DNA from: a virus
Taxonomy: Duplodnaviria > Caudoviricetes
Virus record (IMG/VR): IMGVR_UViG_3300028832_000102
Location: 32,001-96,000 of that record
DNA length: 64,000 nucleotides
Direction: 5' to 3' (one strand)
Shown: piece by piece, positions 58,731 to 64,000 of the stretch
Layout of the letters: every line of letters begins with the position of its first letter
Position numbering within the stretch: position 1 is the stretch's first letter
Program-made: the position numbers and the translations under genes
The notes under the pieces: generated by a model
Told to the model about the DNA's origin: nothing
What the model saw: only the letters and a program-made list of their open reading frames with translations
Databases searched by the model: none

Positions 58731-61700
58731 ACAACGAAAACCTGAATATACTTAACGCAATACCCCTTGTTGACGTGATGCACGCATGGGGATATGTACC
58801 AAGACGAGAGTCGGACTTGTCGGCCTCGTATCTTTGTCCATGGCACGATGACCACAGACCGTCGCTTGTGGTGGATAAGATTGTCAGGGATGGTGCTACA
58901 GATCTCGGCTTTAAGTGTTTCGCCTGCGGACAGGAGGGATTTGGTGCAATGAATCTTGCTGCACGTCTCCTTGGACTGCCAGCAGGAAAAATAGCAAAAG
59001 ACAATCTTGAATATGTAGCGAAGGAGCTCGCTGAACGCTGTGACATCGAAATGAAACACGAAGAGGGAGAAAAGAGGCATTTTGACCATCTTCGCGTATC
59101 GTTCATGGGACTGGACGAATTTCGTAGTCAGGGGTATCAGGACTGGAGTGGGGAAGATCCGATTTTTGAGCGCGGGGAATGGACAGAAGAAGGACTGAAA
59201 GCACTTGGACTGAAAGTGGAACTCGCTACTAGAAAAGCCAAAAAGAAAGATATTTCCGGAGGGAATGGTGACGAGCACGCCCTGGCAGAGATAAGGGTGG
59301 GTGACATGATCACGCAGTTCAATCCTGATAACGGCGAACCTCTATACAGATGCTCGTTTGGAAAGGATTTCTACCGTGGACCGCAATATGCGGAGACCCG
59401 TACTATCAGAGAATGGGGTGAAGAGATTGAGAGGGTGTTTGGTGTAGAGCCTATAAGCCGTTTTATTCAACTCGTAGAACCAAAGAACGGAGGATATGTG
59501 GCCAGGATATGTAAGGCAACGAACAATTATCCTATATTTATCTTCAAGTACCCATGGGGCATCAAGAAATATGAGCCGCGCGACGCCTACGGCAACAAGT
59601 GGACTTGGTGGTGTGTACAGGATGATGCTGACCTGTATCATCAATGGTACGCCGATGCTGCGCTGACCGATGTGTTATCGGGTGCCGTTCCCGAACAGGA
59701 CGAACGTCACGGATTTGAGGAAGTAAAGGACAAAGACGGGAAACCAACGGGAAAGATTAAATTCCACCGCGTGGTAATCTGTTCTGGGCCGAGGGATGCC
59801 ATGGCTGTTTATAGTCATAGTAACGCCCATGTTATCTGGCTGCATTCAGAGCAAGCTGGTTTTGACAACAAGGGTGGAAACATGCGTCCCAACCGCTGGT
59901 TGCGTTCGCTTATAAAAAAACTGCTGAGCGTAACTGTGGAGGGCGGACTGTTCATCTGCTACGACGAGGACAGCACGGGGCTTTCATCAAGCCAGGCTAT
60001 CGCACTTAACAACCCGCAGATAAGATGGCTGCGTCTGCCTAAAGAGCTAGGGCTTTTGTGCGACAAGAAGTCGGAACATTCAAAGACTTTAAAGGATGTG
60101 ACTGATTTTATTTTGCACTTCAACGAGGTGGAGAGGAGAATGCCTGCCGAGATACAGCATGACGATCCTGTGGAATGGTTTGACAACGCTCTATTCGACA
60201 CGCCTACATGTCAGTTCTGGCAGTGGGAGAGCGAGAGAAAGGAAAAGGACGGAACGGGACGAGCAAGGTACAAGTTCGACCTTCGCAATACGCCTGTATT
60301 CCTCCGTGCAAGAGGCATGATTCGCAGGGTGGTTCAACAAGGAAAAGATTCTTTTAGCAGGTATTTTCTGCTTGGAAACGACAATATATATACGGAGTGT
60401 TTTATGGGTTCCAAGACCGGTTGCAAACTGATTGCGCAAGCCCGTGACCTTATGGCTGAATGGCTGCGTGCGCATAAGGAACAGAACGACGAGAAGGGGG
60501 CTTTGAGCAGGGCTATATATTCGGCTAAACTCGAACAGGGTGTTCTGGAGTCCATAGAACAGGTAGATATCGACGAAAAGAGTTTTGGAGAGGACTTTGA
60601 TTTTTTCTTCTTCAAGAACTGCGCCGTCCGAGTAACGGCAGACGAGGTGAAGCTTGTTCCTTATTCTCAGATGAAGCAATGGACGAACCGAGATGCTATC
60701 ATGGATGGGACATTTTCGTATCTTCACCAGGACTGGCACGTAGAGAAGAATCCTCTTTACGAGCATGAACAACAAAAACACGAGGAGGTTCTAAAGAATT
60801 GCACAACCAAAGAGGAGGTGGAACAGGAGAATATGCGATGGGACTCATGGACTACCGTATGGAAGTACCGCCTTGTGACAGACAAGCCTGTCTCCGAGAT
60901 GCCCGTACATTTCCAGTTCTTGTATAACACTTCAAGAATCTTCTGGGAGAAGGAATTGGCAGGGCATCAAATCAGCGCAACAGAGAAACAGGTTCAAGAC
61001 ATGTACTTCATCGCCATGCTACATGCACTCGGCTCGGCTCTGGTTCGTCACAGATCTGCCAACCGACAGCAGTTCATCCACATCACCGACAATGGCACAC
61101 GACGTGAGGATTTGGCCAGCGGAGGAACGGGTAAGACCGCTATACTGGAACTGCTCGGACTGATGCGCCGCGCCTTATGTATTGACGGAAAATCGTTAGA
61201 GGGAGGAAACATTGTGTTGGAGCAAGAACTCGGAAAGGTTGTTCCTGGAATCCACAACATTGTTTGCATCGACGAGCTGCCTGACAAGTTTTCACCGAAG
61301 AAGATGTATAACTATCCTTTGTCTGTCACCTCAAGAGGACTCTATGAGGGTTCCATCAAACTAACGGGCGACGATGTGCCAAAATTCGTTGTGGCATCGA
61401 ACGAACAGATAGACATATCTTCGGACTCTACTTCAAGACGAGACTACCAGGTGCTTGTCAGCGATTGGTATCACCCGCGATCAATAGACGGGTCGCGTCC
61501 TTCACATACACCTGCAGATGATTTCCGGAAGTACGGGGTAAAGGAGGTTGCCAGAAACCTGTCGGCGACACATCTTAACGAGGCGCGGAATCTTCTTATC
61601 GGATGTACGCAACTCTTCTTCCAGTTCCCTGACGAGACCATCCGTCCGCCAAAGGACAGCAGGGCATTGCTGCGTCAGGCACTCGCTTCTACAAAGGACG

Positions 61701-62194
61701 AGCAGTTCACCCGTTGGATTGCGGGCTACCTGTCCAAAACCGACAAGGACGGAAATGGCATACACATAGGTACACCTATCGCACAGCGCGAGTTGGCTAT
61801 ATCGCTGCTCGACTACTGCGGAATCACTGTCGGAGAGAAGACTATCAAGTCTGCCTATAAGCGTATTCGTGACAACCTTTATGAATACATTCGCACAAGC
61901 GTTTATGTCGTTGACCCTCCAGTGGTCCTACTGACAGCCACAGACAGAGAGAACGGATTCCGCCGTTGTGCGGCATGGCAGTACCCCGTCAATTCTGACG
62001 GCAGTATCAAGACCGACAAGAACGGAGAAAGACTGCCACGCGAGCTTGTCAAGAAGGCTCCTTACCCGAGAGTCTATTACTTCTACAAGAAAGGCGGTGT
62101 GCCTAAGCATCTCTATGATGCTGCTCACGAGGGAGACAGCAAATATGTACAGGCAGCACCTGAGATTGACCCAGATGCAGAGGTAGAGGAATAA
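58727..62194 (+). CDS. Primase-helicase fusion (CHC2 Zn finger, TOPRIM, P-loop ATPase)
   Basis: CPWHDDHRPS..CFACG; ICSGPRDA, CYDEDSTG, KDVTDF; GGTGKT, CIDE, VASN. Confidence 0.85.
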   Translation: MNNENLNILNAIPLVDVMHAWGYVPRRESDLSASYLCPWHDDHRPSLVVDKIVRDGATDLGFKCFACGQEGFGAMNLAARLLGLPAGKIAKDNLEYVAKELAERCDIEMKHEEGEKRHFDHLRVSFMGLDEFRSQGYQDWSGEDPIFERGEWTEEGLKALGLKVELATRKAKKKDISGGNGDEHALAEIRVGDMITQFNPDNGEPLYRCSFGKDFYRGPQYAETRTIREWGEEIERVFGVEPISRFIQLVEPKNGGYVARICKATNNYPIFIFKYPWGIKKYEPRDAYGNKWTWWCVQDDADLYHQWYADAALTDVLSGAVPEQDERHGFEEVKDKDGKPTGKIKFHRVVICSGPRDAMAVYSHSNAHVIWLHSEQAGFDNKGGNMRPNRWLRSLIKKLLSVTVEGGLFICYDEDSTGLSSSQAIALNNPQIRWLRLPKELGLLCDKKSEHSKTLKDVTDFILHFNEVERRMPAEIQHDDPVEWFDNALFDTPTCQFWQWESERKEKDGTGRARYKFDLRNTPVFLRARGMIRRVVQQGKDSFSRYFLLGNDNIYTECFMGSKTGCKLIAQARDLMAEWLRAHKEQNDEKGALSRAIYSAKLEQGVLESIEQVDIDEKSFGEDFDFFFFKNCAVRVTADEVKLVPYSQMKQWTNRDAIMDGTFSYLHQDWHVEKNPLYEHEQQKHEEVLKNCTTKEEVEQENMRWDSWTTVWKYRLVTDKPVSEMPVHFQFLYNTSRIFWEKELAGHQISATEKQVQDMYFIAMLHALGSALVRHRSANRQQFIHITDNGTRREDLASGGTGKTAILELLGLMRRALCIDGKSLEGGNIVLEQELGKVVPGIHNIVCIDELPDKFSPKKMYNYPLSVTSRGLYEGSIKLTGDDVPKFVVASNEQIDISSDSTSRRDYQVLVSDWYHPRSIDGSRPSHTPADDFRKYGVKEVARNLSATHLNEARNLLIGCTQLFFQFPDETIRPPKDSRALLRQALASTKDEQFTRWIAGYLSKTDKDGNGIHIGTPIAQRELAISLLDYCGITVGEKTIKSAYKRIRDNLYEYIRTSVYVVDPPVVLLTATDRENGFRRCAAWQYPVNSDGSIKTDKNGERLPRELVKKAPYPRVYYFYKKGGVPKHLYDAAHEGDSKYVQAAPEIDPDAEVEE

Positions 62195-62211
62195 AAAACA
62201 ACACAAAAAAT

Positions 62212-62622
62212 ATGGCAACAAAGAACAGTATCACCATCATACGGAAGTCCTGTATCACGGGGAAGGCAGTATGGATCTACATCGGTCCGTCGGTCGAAGC
62301 GGCGAAACGAGCATACTATAGAGCTTGTCAGCATGAGATAGAACGTGTACGCCGGCTGAGCAGTGTCATGGCGCAGCGCAAGGCTAATATCGTCAGTCTT
62401 CTAAACAAGTGTATGGAAAGTACGCCTTTCACCGGACGGCTGCAGCGAAACAAGAAGAAAGCTGCACGCGAACTGCTCGGACTTACTGAGGACTCTACCA
62501 TGTGCGATCTCGAGTTCTATAACCACATCATGGAAGAACGCAGACGACGTGCGGCTGACATGAAAATAAGAACAGAAATGCGAGAACGCGGAATTGAACA
62601 TAATAGTAATTATGATAAATAG
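62212..62622 (+). CDS. Hypothetical basic protein
   Basis: ORF. Confidence 0.6.
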   Translation: MATKNSITIIRKSCITGKAVWIYIGPSVEAAKRAYYRACQHEIERVRRLSSVMAQRKANIVSLLNKCMESTPFTGRLQRNKKKAARELLGLTEDSTMCDLEFYNHIMEERRRRAADMKIRTEMRERGIEHNSNYDK

Positions 62623-62633
62623 ACAATAATACA

Positions 62634-63686
62634 ATGCCACTACCCGAACGTAAAAACGCAATATCACCAAAGAAGCTCCCCGATCTGCCAAAGAGTTGGA
62701 GTGAGTTATCATGGCAGCAGCTTTGCGACTGCTGGCGCACAAAGATACGCTATGGTGGTAACGCGGATGTTGCAAGAGTGGCTGCGCTCCTGAGTCTGCT
62801 CGGTCTTACCGGACAACCTCATACTGTTTTCCATACATATACCGGCGAGACTCTTTACAGACTACGTGACACGGATGGCTGTATATGGACAGCAACAGCA
62901 CGGGAGGTGGCTCAAATATCCAAGCAGGCACTGGCATGGTTTGACTATCCTTATGGCGATCCTGGGGAAAAAGAACAGACGGACGACAAAGGAAAGATCA
63001 TCAAGGAAGGAAGAGAGCCTGTCATGGGATATGTTGGACCTATGCACGACGCACTGGAGCTGCCTATCGAACATATTAGTTTAAAGGCTCCATTCTTCAG
63101 GAACCGCGATTTCGCATTGCCACAGATTGCATGCAACAACCTCACATGGCAGCAATATCGTATCCTGCAGAATATCAGTCCGCAGTTGTTTAGCGGCACT
63201 ACGGACGACGCAACCGCCGTGGGTCTTCAGGCCAAGTTCCTGGCAAACTGTCTGGTGCCAAGGTCCTTTTCCTTCCTTGATATTTCTGGCGGCGGAGTGA
63301 GAATAAGGCCACATTACGAGTACCGATATGATGCAGCTCAGGCTGATGGGCTCGAAAAATGGTTCGTCAAAAGAATGACCGAGAAGCAAACGAGTCAGCT
63401 ACTCACGATAGTTTTTCACGTCTGCTTTCAGACTTACCAAACAGCGCTTGCATATTATGCAGCCGTTTACCCTCTTCTTTTTAGCGGAGAGAATAGAAAC
63501 GAGGGCGTGCGCGACGCTTTACAGGGTGAAGTTGGGACTATCAATACGATTATGAAATATGCGGGTTACACCGAACAGCAGCAGGTGTACGACAGTAATG
63601 TACCGTTCGTCTTGGATATTCTTAACTCTATGTCTAAGGAGGCCAAAGAGATAGAAAAAATGAATGCGAAAGTGAAGAGAAAATAA
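62634..63686 (+). CDS. Hypothetical phage protein, 350 aa
   Basis: LPKSWSELSWQQL N-terminal motif common in phage proteins. Confidence 0.75.
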   Translation: MPLPERKNAISPKKLPDLPKSWSELSWQQLCDCWRTKIRYGGNADVARVAALLSLLGLTGQPHTVFHTYTGETLYRLRDTDGCIWTATAREVAQISKQALAWFDYPYGDPGEKEQTDDKGKIIKEGREPVMGYVGPMHDALELPIEHISLKAPFFRNRDFALPQIACNNLTWQQYRILQNISPQLFSGTTDDATAVGLQAKFLANCLVPRSFSFLDISGGGVRIRPHYEYRYDAAQADGLEKWFVKRMTEKQTSQLLTIVFHVCFQTYQTALAYYAAVYPLLFSGENRNEGVRDALQGEVGTINTIMKYAGYTEQQQVYDSNVPFVLDILNSMSKEAKEIEKMNAKVKRK

Positions 63687-63866
63687 AGAAAATAGTTTTT
63701 ATGATTACAAAGAAATACCTATCGGGCGTGGTGGTTATCGGACGAGGCCTTATCGCCAACCATCTATGGAATGAAGGAATGATGATTAAAAGAGACCACA
63801 CGCCAGTAGGCGACACCAGAGACTCTGGTGTGGGCACATTTAGCAAATAACATAAAAGGAAGAAGC

Positions 63867-64000
63867 ATGGAACGAGAAAATCAAACGGCAGAAGAGTTAC
63901 GACAGGTGTCGGAGTATATCAAGACTGTAGAGAGCTTTGGAAAATACGCCTATAAAGAATGGGTGGATGGAAACGATCAACGAGCTCTGATTTTGAGCTG
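63867..64000 (+). CDS. Partial ORF running off the window
   Basis: ATG after AAAGGAAG; open to the end of the window. Confidence 0.45.
   Translation, partial: MERENQTAEELRQVSEYIKTVESFGKYAYKEWVDGNDQRALILS

Overview
This 64 kb window is most of a large temperate Bacteroidales (Prevotella-like) tailed phage with a plasmid-type replicon, so probably a phage-plasmid. Host assignment rests on TTTG-N19/20-TAnnTTTG promoters, Bacteroidetes-type HU-like proteins and Prevotella-style palindromic and heptamer repeats. Bases 1-13.2 kb form a leftward, early-like transcription unit of small hypothetical genes. It ends in a MutS-domain-I protein, a reverse transcriptase (YSDD) and a 362-aa neighbour gene. 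Bases 13.6-27 kb hold HU-like genes, an IS200/IS605 element (intact tnpB, cargo gene, tnpA remnant), a DnaA-N/AAA+ protein, Rep with an iteron origin, and ParA with a partner gene and parS-like repeats. Bases 27.4-57 kb hold late genes: amidase, terminase, holin, portal, acyl carrier protein, a 3407-aa tape measure, Stealth/glycosyltransferases, S49 protease, capsid and tail tube. Bases 57-64 kb hold a repressor switch and a primase-helicase. The most notable signal is four non-coding units around the RT and its neighbour (68-235, 252-408, 1642-1832, 3630-3797). They share short flanking motifs, spacing and fold, but each encloses a different 74-108 nt mismatch-rich hairpin. This looks like a retron-like RT with a dispersed array of interchangeable ncRNA templates. 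Other signals are a strongly strand-polarised ATAG motif, four tRNA-like folds with non-canonical anticodon arms, recurrent C-terminal -AA tails on early proteins and a conserved TGCCCTTG late-promoter motif. All product calls come from motifs read by eye; no searches were run.
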